In this document: piece by piece, positions 41,940 through 56,289 of the stretch
How the letters are laid out: every line of letters begins with the position of its first letter
How positions within the stretch are numbered: the stretch's first letter is position 1
Assembly: GCA_012295275.1 (NCBI GenBank)
Contig: CM022679.1
Span: 13,516,001 to 13,580,000, forward strand
Source of the DNA: Chrysomallon squamiferum
Taxonomy: Eukaryota; Animalia; Mollusca
Direction of reading: 5' to 3'
Length of the DNA stretch: 64,000 bases
Made by a program: the position numbers and the translations under genes
Notes under the pieces: generated by a model
The model's database searches: none
The model's input: the letters and a program-made list of their open reading frames with translations, nothing else
Told to the model about the DNA's origin: nothing

Positions 41940-44306
41940 AAAATTGATTTATGTATTGTTTTATGTTGTTTTTCCTGAAGAGAGATTGCCCAAAACAATA
42001 AATTAATAATAACTTGAAATAGGTTCTCCTTTATCCACTGATATAGTATATATTCAGTTTCATCAGTTTCCAGTTGGTATATAGAAAGCTCTTGTAAAGG
42101 ATGTAAAGGAAAAAGCAGTATAAAAGATCTAGTGATACAGATTTTATTTCCTTTGAATAAATTAATATTTCAATAACAATCCTTCAAAGTAAGATTATTT
42201 TTGTAATGTATATTAAATATACATGTATCTCCTTCAAATTCTAGATACGCGCCTAGTGGAGCATTCGGTGGACTAATAATAGACTTAGAGGTTGATTCGC
42301 AAACAAGGACTGACATTGACAAATGTTTCCTTATTCTCACATCGTAAAAGGTTGATCGAAAGATAATTATTATTAGTTTCATTTCCATCTCTTTTTACTT
42401 TATCTTTTCTATTATTATTATTATTATTATTCTTGTTGTTGTTGTTGTTAAACTTTGCTATTAAACACCGTTCGCCTATTAAAACAGTAATATAAGTATA
42501 AAGATTTTTATCAAACCATTTATCAGACCCACAGATACGCTTTAATAGTTAACATTTGTGTTGTTACAGGTTTAACCTCACTGTGCCCGCAGTCTGACAT
42601 ACGCCTACAGCAATGGCTCCTCTATGATTTTATTATTTATTTTTTAATTTTATTTTAATTTTATTTTATTTTATTTTATTTTATTTTATTTTAAATCATA
42701 TGAAAATGTGTAATCATATGTAATCAGTGTTATCTGTCCCAATGCTCTGTTTGCAGATGCAATGACTGGCTTTCTTATCCTTCTTTCTTTCTTATCCTTC
42801 TTTCTTTCTTTTCCTTCTTTCTTTCTTTCTTTCTTATTTATTTATTTATTATTTTTATTGTAACTTTTTGTAATGTTTTTATATGTTTATTATTATTGTT
42901 GTAATTGCAATATTTTATTTATTTATATATTTTTAATTGAACAATTTTGAAATAAAACCATCATTTGTTAACTTATGCTCGTGTACTGAATATCTTACAA
43001 AGTAATATCTCTGTGTCATTATTTTACAATTAAAATCAGAAAAAAAGAAGAAAAAAAAAAGGCTTCTTGAATGGTTCGTAATCTCTTTATTTTATGTACT
43101 TTGTGATTAACTTCAAGTAGCAATAATAATAATAATTAAATTAAAAAAAAAAATAATAATAATAAACTAAAATAAAGACATATAATTTCCGGTATGGATT
43201 TACTTTTAATTTGGAAAATAGAACTGTTTATATTGCTTACGCGACACGTGATTATTTTGTATATTTTCGAAAGAAATTTAACAAACAAAAATTAATATAA
43301 TACATAAATGTAATAAAATAAATAAATAATATTAATAACATAACATAAAATATAATAAAATAAATAAATAGATAAATAAACAATGATAAAATAATAATAA
43401 AAAAATGTTTTATAAATCAAATAGTACTAAGTATATTAAATAAATAAATTGGTCGCTTATCTTGATCTTTAATAGTGTACTGTTTCTTTGTAACCTCTTA
43501 TTTCGTACAGTGACGTATGGGGTCACCTCACTGTGCCCGAACCAATTGTTATATATTACTTAAGCAGTCAAGGATAGCAAATGATAAAACAGTAGGGGAT
43601 TACAGTATAGTTTATTTTCCAAAAGACCAACAATGGATTAACATTTTACATTCAAAATAAAATAGAAATATGTTTATAAAACAGAATATAATAACGTATC
43701 CTATACCGGACATAAATTTTGGTTTTCCATTTCTATTTTTAAAGTAGAGCCTGGATAAGAAATTAGAGGAGGAAAATAATTATCTCGTTAACAAACTTAT
43801 GGGACGGTTGAGAGACTATATTATCACCGATTTTCCTATATAATATGCAATATTGCTTTTTCATAGATAGACAGATAGATAGATACAAAAATAGATAGAT
43901 AGATAGATTTGAATTGTTTGCTCACAATTCTCAGGTTTTGTTGATGAAGTTCATTACTGCTATTGCTACTACTACAACAACTACCACTACCACTACTATT
44001 ACTGATGCTGCTGCCATCATCACTTCCATTATTTATGTTTTACTTTAAATATTATTACTCTTATTCTTCTGTTGTTGTTGTTTTGTTTTGTTTTGTCTTT
44101 TTAATTTATTAATTAATGATTTCCTTTACATGTAGTTTATAGAAATTATAATCTCTCTTTGGTGATTAGAAAAATGTAGTATAAATATATTCTTTATACT
44201 TCCAAGTTACGTTTTTGCAGTCCAGTGTTAATTTGTAACGAGTTATATCAACAAAAGAAAAAAAAACTGCTATTAGTCCGCCATATATTATTATTATTAT
44301 TATTAA

Positions 44307-44349
<43 letters not shown>

Positions 44350-45252
44350 GTTATTATTGTTGTTGTTGTTGTTGTTGTTAAACTTTGCTATTAAACACCG
44401 TTCGCCTATTAAAACAGTAATATAAGTATAAAGATTTTTATCAAACCATTTATCAGACCCACAGATACGCTTTAATAGTTTACACTTGTGTTGTTACAGG
44501 TTTAACCTCACTGTGCCCGCAGTCTGGCATACGTCTACAGCAAATGTTCCTCTTGACATGGCAGTAAACTGCAACAGAATATGTTTATTTCATCTCCCAT
44601 TTTGTTAGACTGTCAAATGTTGGTCTTTTGGAAAATAAACTATACTGTAATCCCCTACTGTTTTATCATTTGCTATCCTTGACTGCTTAAGTAATATATA
44701 ACAATTGGTTCGGGCACAGTGAGGTGACCCCATACGTCATTGTACGAAATAAGACATTACAAAGAAACAATACACTATTAACGATCTTGATAACCGACCA
44801 ATTTATTTATTTAATATACTTAGTACTATTTAATTTATAAAACATATTTTTATTATTAATTTATCATTGTTTATTTATTTATTTATTTATTTTATTTTAT
44901 TTTATGTTAATAATATTATTTATTTATTTTTATTACTTTTATATATTATATTCAATTTTTTTTTTTAAATTTCTTTCGAAAATATACAAAATAATCATAG
45001 TTCTATTTTCCAAATTAAAAGTAAATCCATACCGGAAATTATATGTCTAAAAAGCTTGACTTTTTTATCTTTTTTTTTTACCGTTTCTTATTAATTATAA
45101 AATAATATCATAGAGATATTATTTTGCAACATATTCAGTACATGAGCATAAGTTAACAAATGATGGTTTTAGAAAATGGTTAAATCAAAAATATACTATA
45201 AATAAATAGATAAATAAAATATTGCAATAAAAGCAATAATAATAATAAACAT

Positions 45253-45288
<36 letters not shown>

Positions 45289-46067
45289 AACGAAGAAAGA
45301 AATAAACAAAAGAAAATACAGCTTCGGGGCAGATAACTTTGATTACTCATATGTACACTGTCATATGATTTGAATAAAATAAAATAAATTAAAATTAATA
45401 TTAAAATTAAAATTAAATAAAATAAAAATATATAACAAAATAATTCAAAATAAAATAGAAATATGTTTATAAAACAGAATATAATAACGTGTCCTATACT
45501 GCTCAATTTTTCATCATAAATTTTGGTTTTCTATTTCTATTTTAAAAATAGAGGCTGGATATGAAATTAGACGAGGAAAATAGTTATGTCGTTAACAAAC
45601 TTATGGGAGGGTTGAGAGACTATATTATCACCGATTTTCCTATATAATATGCAATACTGCTTTTTCATAGATAGATAGATAGATAGATAGATTTGAATTG
45701 TTTCCTCACAATTCTCAGGTTTTGTTGATGAAGTTCATTACTACTATTACTACTACTACTATAACTACCACTACCACTACTATTATTGATGCTGCTGCCA
45801 TCATCACTTCCATTATTTATTTTTTTCTTTAAATATTATTACTCTTATTCTTCTGTTGTTGTTGTTTTGTTTTGTTTTGTCTTTTTAATTTATTAATTCA
45901 TGATTTCCTTTACATGTAGTTTATAGAAATTATAATCTCTCCTTGGTGATTAGAAAAATGTAGTATAAATATATTCTTTATACTTCCAAGTTACGTTTTT
46001 GCAGTCCAGTGTTAATTTGTAACGAGTTATATCAACAAAAGAAAAAAAAAAACTGCTATTAGTCCGC

Positions 46068-46106
<39 letters not shown>

Positions 46107-46663
46107 ATTATTATTATTATTATTATTTTTATTATTTTTATTATCATTATTTTTTTTTAAACTTTGCTATTAAAGACCGTTCGCCTATCAAAACATTAGT
46201 GTAAGTATAAATAATTTTATCAGACCCTTTATCAGACCCACAGGTAAGCTTCAATAGTTTACACTTGTGTTGTTACAGGTTTAACCTCACTGTGCCCGCA
46301 TCCTCTTGACATGTTAGTAAACTGCAACAGAATATGCTGATTTCATCTCCCATTTTGTTAGACTGTAAAATGTTAATCCATTGTTGGTCTTTTGTAAAAT
46401 AAACTATACTGTAATCCCCTACTGTTTTATCATTTGCTATCCTTCATTGCTTAAGTAATATATAACAATAGGATCGGGCAGAGTGAGGTGACCCCATACG
46501 TCATTGTACGAAATAAGAGATTACAAAGAAACAATAGTACACTATTAAAGATCAAGATAAGCGACCAATTTATTTATTTAATATATTCAGTACAATTTAT
46601 ATTTATAAACTATATTTTTTAAATATATATTTTATTATTGTTTATTTAATTTATATATTTATG

Positions 46664-46711
<48 letters not shown>

Positions 46712-48805
46712 TTTATTTACTTTTTTATTTATTTATTTTTATTTGTATCTGTATTTTTATTTTTACTTTTAGTTGATTGATTTTTTCTATTTTTTAAATC
46801 TCTTTCGAAAATATACAAAAAGTTATTTTACCATGTCATTATTTACCTTAGATATTCTCACAACGTTCATATTTCGTAGACAGATTATACAGACAGTATA
46901 CAGGTAATTAATTATATACAATTTGTTTAATAATTTATAGGTGACACTCGATTTCGTAGAGCAATAGAGTTAATAGAGAAGTCTGGGAAATCGCGAATCT
47001 AAATATTAACCCTCAAATTTTCCAAAACATTAAAATTAAGAACACATAACATTTATTTAATACGGTAATATAATAATCTAAGAAGAGTATACAGAAGAAA
47101 ACAAATTAAACAAATTTCATACGATGTATGTTAAGAAAAAGGAACAGTAGAATAATGTAGACTACGTTGGGTATAGTTATAGAAATAAATCCAATTGTAA
47201 ATTGTATTCTTACCTTGATGGAAATTGGATTGAGATAGGACTGCCGCAATCGTATAGTTGAACACAGAATAAGTTAATAGTACGTAGAGGCAAGGTTTCA
47301 AGCGGAAAATGACGTGTGTTCAGCTTTATTCAGACAAAATAATCACGTGTCGCGTAAGCGATATAAATAGTTCTATTTTCCAAATTAATAGTAAATCCAT
47401 ACCGGAAATCATGTCTTTATTTTATTTTTATTTTTATTTTTATTTTTATTTATTTATTATTTTTTTTATTTTATTTTTACTCTTTTTTTTATTTTTTCGA
47501 AAATATAGAAAACGTTATTTTGCCGTGTCATTATTTACCTCAGATATTCTCAGAACGTTCATAATTCGTAGACACATTATACAGACAGTATGCAGGTAAT
47601 TAATTCTATACAATATTTTTAATAATTTACGTGTGACACTCTATTTCACAGAGCAATAGAGTTAATACAAAAGTTTGGGAAATCGCGAATCTAAATATTA
47701 ACCCTCAAATTTACCAAACCATTAAATTTTAGAACACATAACATCTATTTAATACGGTAATATAATAATCTAAGAACGATATACAGACAAAAATGAATTA
47801 AACACATTTCATACGGTATATGTTAAGAAAAAGGAACAGTAGAAAAATGTAGACTACGTTGGGTATACTTATAGGTGAATTTTGAAATGTATTCTTACCT
47901 TGATGGAAATTGGATTGAAATAGGACTGCCGCAATCGTGTAGTTGAACACAGAATACGTTAATAATACGTAGTGGCAAGGTTTCAAGCGGAAAATGACGT
48001 GTGTTCAGCTTTATTCAGACAAAATAATCACGTGTCGCGTAAGCGATATAAATAGGTCTATTTTCCAAATTAATAGTAAATCCATACCGGAAATTATATG
48101 TCTTTATTTTATTTTATTTTTATTTATTTATTTATTTATTATTTTGTATTTTATTATTACTCTTTTAATTTCTTTCGAAAAGATAGAAAACGTTATTTTG
48201 CCTTGTCATTATTTACCTTAGATATTCTCACAACGTTCATATTTCGTAGACAGATTTTACATAAAGTATGCAGCTAATTAATTCTATACAATATTTTTAA
48301 TAATTTACAGGTGACACCCGATTTCATAGAGCAAAAGAGTTAATGACGTGTGTTCAGCTTTATTCAGACAAAATAATCACGTGTCGCATAAGCGATATAA
48401 ATAGGTCTAATTTTCAAATTAATAGTAAAGCCATACCGGAAATTATGTGTCTTTATTTTAATTTTTTATTATTATTATTAATTTTTTAAAGTTTAATTAT
48501 TATTATTATTGCTTCTTCAAGTGAATCCCAAAGTACATAAAAGAAAGACATTACGAAGCATTCAAGAAGCGTTTTTTTCTCTCTCTCCTTTTTCTCTTGT
48601 TTTAATTATAAAATAATGGCATAGCGATATTGCTTTGTATGATATTCAGTACTTGAACATAAGTTAACAAATGATGGCTTTATATCAAAATTGTTAAATT
48701 AAAAATATATAAATAGATAAAATATTGCAATAATAACAATAATAATAATAATAAACATCTAAAAACATTACAAAATGTTACAATAAAAATAACAAATAAA
48801 TAAAT

Positions 48806-48845
<40 letters not shown>

Positions 48846-49248
48846 AGGAAAAGAAAGCCTGTCATTGCATCTGCAAATAGAGCTACGGGACAGGTAACAT
48901 TGATTACATATGATTACACATTTTCTTATGATTTAAAATAAAATTAAATAAAATTAAAATAAATAAAAATAAAAATAAAAAATGAATAATAAAATGATTC
49001 AAAAGTAAATAGAAATATGTTTATAAAACAGAATATAATAATATGTCCTATATCGCTCAATTTTCGGATATAAATTTTGGTTTTCCATTTCTATTTTTAA
49101 AATAGAGGCTGGATAAGAAATTAGAGGAGGAAAATAATTATGTCGTTAACAAACTTATGGGAGGGTTGAGAGACTATAGTATCACCGATTTTCCTGTATA
49201 AGATGCAATATTGCTTTTTCATAGATAGATAGATAGATAGATACATAC

Positions 49249-49283
<35 letters not shown>

Positions 49284-49677
49284 CATACATACATACATAC
49301 ATACATAGATTTTTAATTGTTTGCTCACAATTCTCAGGTTTTGTTGATGAAGTTCATTACTACTATTGCTACTACTACTACAACTACCACTACTATTACT
49401 GATGCTACTGCCATCATCACTTCCATTATTTATTTTTTACTTTAAATATTATTTCTCTTCTTCTTCTGTTGTTTTGTTTTGTCTTTTTAATTTATTAATT
49501 AATGATTTCCTTTACATGTAGTTTATAGAAAATATAATCTCTCCTTGATGATTAGAAAAATGTAGTATAAATATATTCTTTATACTTCCAAGTTACGTTT
49601 TTGCAGTCCAGTGTTAATTTGTAACGAGTTATATCAACAAAAGAAAAAACAAACTGCTATTAGTCCGCCATATTATA

Positions 49678-49714
<37 letters not shown>

Positions 49715-50228
49715 TATTATTATTATTATTATTTTTGTTAAACTTTGCTATTAAAGACCGTTCGCCTATCAAAACATTAGTATAAGTATAAAGAATTTTA
49801 TCAGACCCACAGATACACTTTAATAGTTTACACTTGTGTTGTTACAGGTTTAACCTCACTGTGCCCGCAGTCTGACATACGCCTACAGCAAATGTTCCTC
49901 TTGACATGGCAGTAAACTGCAACAGAATATGCTGATTTCATCTCCCATTTTGTTAGACTGTAAAATGTTAATCCATTGTTGGTCTTTTGGAAAATAAACT
50001 ATACTGTAATCCCCTACTGTTTTATCATTTGCTATCCTTGATTGCTTAAGTAATATATAACAATAGGTTCGGGCACAGTGAGGTGACCCCATACGTCATT
50101 GTACGAAATAAGAGATTACAAAGAAACAATAGTACACTATTAAAGATCAAGATAAGCGACCAATTTATTTATTTAATATACTTAGTACTATTTAATTTAT
50201 AAAACATTTTTTTTATTATTATTTTATC

Positions 50229-50268
<40 letters not shown>

Positions 50269-50350
50269 TTTTATTTTATTTTGTTTTATTTTATTTTATA
50301 TTATCAATATTATTTATTTATTTTTATTACTTTTAAATATTTTTTTTTAA
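29200..50350. repeat. complex tandem amplification of the receptor upstream region (~630-690-bp promoter/exon-1-like units interleaved with ~2-kb MITE-containing units)
   Basis: The anchor ggtttcaagc recurs at ~32001, 34775, 35456, 36132, 36760, 37438, 39999, 47294 and 47979. The blocks are homologous to 15700-19860. Higher-order matches include ~33470-34780 vs ~45960-47300 and ~37450-39350 vs ~48345-50200. Confidence 0.85.
42624..43650 (-). other. ~1-kb local inversion within the repeat array
   Basis: The block is the reverse complement of neighbouring units (e.g. ggggtcacctcactgtgcccg at ~43519). The left breakpoint splits a MULE-MITE. Confidence 0.75.
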
Positions 50351-50587
50351 ATTTCTTTCGAAAATATAGAAAATGTCACAAATATTAAGACTTGACTTTT
50401 AACTTTATATATATATATATATATATATGAAATAATAATAAAATTTAAAAACAACTATAATTATCTGCATATATTTTAAGAAGCTTAGACTATATAAAAC
50501 ATTCACAAAAACAAAAAATAAATATGTATGTATGTATGTATGTATGTAAGTATTTATGTATGTATATAAAACATTAAACATCTTAGA

Positions 50588-51411
50588 TGTTACATTAAGG
50601 GTAACAAGATGCTTTAATGGCCCCCTAACGAGGAATTTAAACGCTAAATTGACAGCAGTCTGTATAAATCAATAAGTCTATCTATCCACAAGAGAAATAA
50701 ACACAACACAAGTTAAGATACAAGTTAATTATTTAATTATAATCTAGAGGTGACTTGATAATAATACTCTATATAATCAATACAACATATATTTAAGTAA
50801 TTTTGTTTAATGATACGAGTAAGGCCATACGGGGAACAAAGATAAAATAAGAATCTGCACGGAGGACAGATTAAACAATTAAAATTTTAGGTATAATAAA
50901 TGTTGTTGACACAGGTTAACTGCACATTACACCCTACCAAAATAAGAATAGACAATTGCTTACCATAGTCGTCCGTGAAGACAATGTAATTTCAGAAACA
51001 TTGGTTTCCCCGCCTGACTGTGCTCTCGTGTTGGCCTTTTCCTTCTCTGCTTAATTACAGACTGAAAAAAAATTAACGTGCTAATCAGAGCAAGCTGTTG
51101 TGAAGCACGTCTACGACGGACACGCTTTCTGACAGGCGAGAGGACGTGAGTGTCGCAGAAAAGAGTTTGGGGAAGGAAAGAGAAAGGACAAAAGAGAGAG
51201 TCGAGCAGATGGAATCGTAACGAACTCGTTTTTGTTGTTTTCGTTCAGTTTGTTCTTTTCATAACGAGATTCGTGACGGTCAGGTCCTATTTGCTGTTCA
51301 GCTCTTGGGCTATCTTGACATTTTCATCTGCTTGCTGGCTGTTTCTTTATCATCCAACATATCCCAGATTTCTTTAATTTTTAATTTTTAACGGTTTATA
51401 AAAATATTACA
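50588..51411 (-). mobile_element. putative solo LTR (~820 bp)
   Basis: On the minus strand it begins TGTAA and ends GTAACA (TG...CA). It has no coding capacity and no matching TSD was found. Confidence 0.4.
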
Positions 51412-53805
51412 TACACGTGAACAACATCAGTAATTAAAGACAGTAGTAGTCAATTTGCGCTGAATGTATCTTCAACTGTAGGCAAACTTTCATTTGACCT
51501 ATGTTAGGTTGTTTAATTTTTATTTCCTCTTTTTCAAGCGTGAAACGATAATTTAGTTGTACACATGAAAAGAATAAGAATAAGAAAGTTGTTATGTTCC
51601 GATAACCTGGTTAGTATCAGGTCCTTTAGTCTGAAAGTAGGTATTTTTATTATTAATTTTTTTATTATTGTTATTTTTTTAATTTATTCATTTATTTTGA
51701 TTAGTTTAATCAGCTAGTCAATTAATTCATCAATCAGCAGATCCATCGATAGACCAATCAGCTGCTCAACCAGTCAATCTGTAAGTGAATTAATTTGTTT
51801 ATTTATTGTTATGGTTTTGTATAAGATGTGTTTGCCTATTTGATTGATTTTTTTAATAGTGCGTAATGCCTCATAATCCATGACAGTGAAATAAGGACAA
51901 GTAATCTGTTCACTGAACATTAAATTTGTCTCGTCGGTACCCACCCCATTGAAAAGTAAAATAAAATAAAATAAAATTTTAAGCGAACTTTGATATCTTT
52001 ATCATGCTTAAAGTCTAGGAGTGAAAGGGTTAAGCGCTAAACGCTACGCTAGACATGGTGCAACAACAACAACAACAAATACTAATAATAATAACAATAA
52101 CAATAACAAAAGGAACAATAACAAGCAATAATAACAAATAATAAAGCTATTCAAACTTTATTTATTATAATTAAAAAAACATAAAGCTGACAAAGTAAAG
52201 GAAACACGAATAGTATCACAGTACTATAACAATTATTACAACAATAACAACAGCAATACAAAACATGAACAATATCACAAAAGAAGAATTAAATATCTCA
52301 AGTTTTAAACAGCCCAAGATACATACCACCTGTCCAAACTATCCCTGGAGTGCTACACTGTTTACGTCTAGAGTATATTCTGGCTGCTCCCACAGAACCA
52401 GTTTATAAAAACACTAAATATTCTGAAAGTTCAAGATCTTTTTACACCTCAAGAATTAAAATTATGTCACAAATTATAACACAGTATGGATCAGACATAC
52501 ATTTTATGAAAACTTCCGAATATTTACATGTATTATTTTTATTTGTTTTACTGAGCTTTTGACTCAGTGAAATGGATATGCTGATTTGGCAAATAAATGA
52601 TCTAAACCATGTTCTTGTTTATTGATAAATGATCTAACAAAACCTATAATTATATCTAAACGCTTGTTACAACACTGAAGTGATCCGAGTCATTCTCAAG
52701 ATGTAATGTGAATTGTGTGTGGTTTAAACTGACTGTATCATGTCGTTCATATTGCTGTTTTTTGTTGTTGTTTTTTAGGTCCAGATGTTTTGACAAAAGC
52801 TGTGTTCTTGTAGCACATTAATTTAAAAGACTGAGGCACAAAATGCAACATGTTTCTAAAAGAGATCATTCATAGGCCTGCAGTAAGTTATCGATAATAA
52901 AAAACAAATTATCAATGATAAATGGATTTAGGGATGAATCTTTTCACCTTCATTTTAAAAAAGGGATTAAGTTGGGAGTAGTGATCAGACAAATGTATCC
53001 CCCAGTTATTTTTTCATCTATGATTTTAAATAAGCTTCTAAGAATCTCTAATTTGAATTTGTGTTTAATCAGTTTCAATACACAAACACTGCATACAGTA
53101 ATTACTACAAATAAAATCCAGAACTACATCTGAAAAAAATCCAGAAAAGTTCTTAGGGGAAATGATCAAATATTCTCTGACACCAGCATTCAAAATTATG
53201 TGAAAAGAGTTGTGAAAAAAAAAGGGCTAGGAATTACTGCTTTACTTCACATTTGTTTCTGGCTTTCATTTCATATATACCAAAAGCTAGCTGACATAAT
53301 AACATGCATTTCAAAAATACAATCTTATTGAGATTGAAATAAGATCTCTTCGCATTTGGAATGAAGTGAGACGTTAGACATAATCACTACTGAAGCTGAC
53401 ATTACACATCAATAAAACCTCAAAACAAAATATTAATATATCTATAATAATTACACATATAGCACAAACAAAACCGATATGTCTACAATAATCAAATATG
53501 TTAATACTAAGTTAATTCTACTGTACAATAATCTATTAGATTAAGAAAGCAGTCTGATACATTTGTGATCTCATTTGGATCCCAAGAATTTTCTCCCTAT
53601 TATCTGGAATGAATTAATGTACACTGTTACAGTGAACACTACATAATTATTACTGAAACATACGTTACATACTGATAAAGCCAAACACTTCAAAGCAAAA
53701 TAGTAATATATCTATAATAATTACACATATACTACAAACAAAACTAATATGTCTACAATAATCAAATATGTTAATACTAAGTTAATTCTACTGTTGTTCT
53801 ATCAG

Positions 53806-53922
53806 TTTGTAGTGATGGTTTTGGACACTGTATTGAAGTAGGGAAAACCATCAAGAAAGGATGTATGGAACTGAAGTGTATCAGGGAAATTTCTAAATGT
53901 GGCCTTGTTCCATTTAAAGGAG
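53806..53922 (+). other. third copy of the orphan Cys-module exon (a fourth, deleted and frameshifted copy lies at 55396-55487)
   Basis: cag|TT TGT AGT GAT...GGA G|gtgggt. Translates CSDGFGHCIEVGKTIKKGCMELKCIREISKCGLVPFKG. Confidence 0.5.
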
Positions 53923-55524
53923 GTGGGTATTTCAATTTATATAATTACCTGTCATTAAAAAAAAATAATAATAATAAAAAATAAAAACCTGGTTATCTAT
54001 ACTTGTGAAGAAGAAAAAGAAGAAGAAAAAAGAAGTATTTTTTGGTATGGTTTGTTACACTATTTTAAGAGTGAATATTTTGTATTCTCTATTATTTGTT
54101 TTCTAATTCTGCATAAATTAGTTACATTCATTACAAATGATTAATCTTATACTAAATAACTCAGACACTTTAGTTAGAACAACAGTAGTATATTAATTGT
54201 TAGAACATGTACATAATAATTTCATTTTCTATCGCATTTACAACTGTAGTGAATTAGTTGTGTTAAAACATGTACATAATAATGTGAGTGTCATAAAGAT
54301 GTGGTCTTATTTTCGTTTTGTATTGTATTTACCTTTGTTTATATATTTCTATCATTTGGTATTTGACATTGTTTGCATGTGTAATTTTGTATAGTTGATT
54401 CATTAACTAAATAATTGTAATATACACACTCAGTATTCATGTACATTATAAAACATACAGTAATTACTACAAATAAAATCCAGAACTACATCTGAAAAAA
54501 ATCCAGAAAAGTTCTTAGGGGAAATGATCAAATATTCTCTGACACCAGCATTCATTAACTAAGTAATTGTAATATACACACTCAGTATTCATGTACATTA
54601 TAAAACAATCTTAAACAAATAACTTAGACACATTATCTTGAATAACAGTAAAAAATCATACTTGTAACCTCCCTAAATATCGTATATTAAATACTCTGTA
54701 TTAAATGGTGATATCATCTAGCTGATTAAGTTTCTTTATCTTTTGAAGTTTGTAAATGTTATTAATCTGGCATTTTTTCTTCACAATAATCTATTACATT
54801 AAGCAAGCGGTCTCATATAAAAACATGATATCGAAGCAAACATATATCAAGGTAATAAAAACAAATGAAAAGTAGTTATAAAAAGAGATTCTTTTTTATC
54901 TGGCATCCCCACAATTAAAGCCAAAACTAAAGAACAATAAGCACAAGCTTAAATGAATGAATAAATGAAATAAAATAAAATAAATTAATCTGTAAGCCAC
55001 AATTTTCCTCGGAATATAAAGAGCTATTTTACACCATAGGGCAGATCCAAGAATAGTCTGGTGAGGCTTTAATCTTGTCTGTTTCACTGGTATCTGATGA
55101 TATCACCGTACAAAACTTAATTTAGATGGTGCCGGTGGAAAAGAATATTTGTGATCTCATTCGGATCCAAGAAGATTTCTCTCCATGTTTTTTCTAATGA
55201 ATTCATGTACACTCTTACAGTGAACCCTTGACATAATTATTACTGAAGCATAAATTACACACTGATAAAGCCAAACACTTCAAAACAAAATATTAATATG
55301 TCTATAATAATTACACATATACTACAAACAAAACTAATATGTCTACAATAATCAAATATGTTAATACTAAGTTAATTCTACTGTTGTTCTATCAGCTTGT
55401 ATTGAAGTAGGAAAAACAAGAAAAGATGTATGGAACTGAAGTCTATCAGGGAAATTTCTAAATGTGGCCTTGTTCCATTTAAAGGAGGTGGATATTTCAA
55501 TTTATATAATTACCTCTCATTAAA

Positions 55525-55610
<86 letters not shown>

Positions 55611-56171
55611 AACCTAGTTATCTGTAGCTAGTGAAGAAGAAAGAAGAAAATATATTTTTGGTATGGCTTGTTACACTATTTTAACAGTGAATATTTTGTA
55701 TTCTCTATTATTTGTTTTCTAATTCTGCATAGATTAGTTATATTCATTACAAATTATTAATCTTATACTAAATAAGTCAGACACTTTAGTTAGAACAACA
55801 GTAGTATATTAGTTATGATAGAACAAGTACACAATTTCACAAGCTTAAATCAATGAATGAATAAAATTAAATTAAATTAATAAATAAATAAAATAAAATA
55901 ACTATAAAATTAAATAAAATAAAATTAATATATAAATAAAATAAAATAAATATATAATAAAATAAAAAATAATAAAATTAAAAAATAAATTATTGAAGGA
56001 ATAAAAATAAAATAAACAAGTAAACAAGAAAATAAATAAAGTAAATAATAATTAAGAAGAAATAAATGAAATAAATATTAAATTAAATAAAATAAATAAT
56101 AAATAAATAAATAAATAAAATAAAATAAATATATAAACAAATCGAAATAAAAAAAAAAAATAAATTAAAAA

Positions 56172-56254
56172 TTAAATTATTGAATAAATAAAAATAAAAT
56201 AAGTAAAATAAATAAAAACAAACAGATAAAATAAATAAATAAAATAAAAAAAAA

Positions 56255-56289
<35 letters not shown>

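Noticed and set aside
31500-48420. Regularly spaced repeats as a CRISPR-like array
   Set aside because: The context is eukaryotic, the units are hundreds of bp, there are no unique spacers and no cas genes are present.
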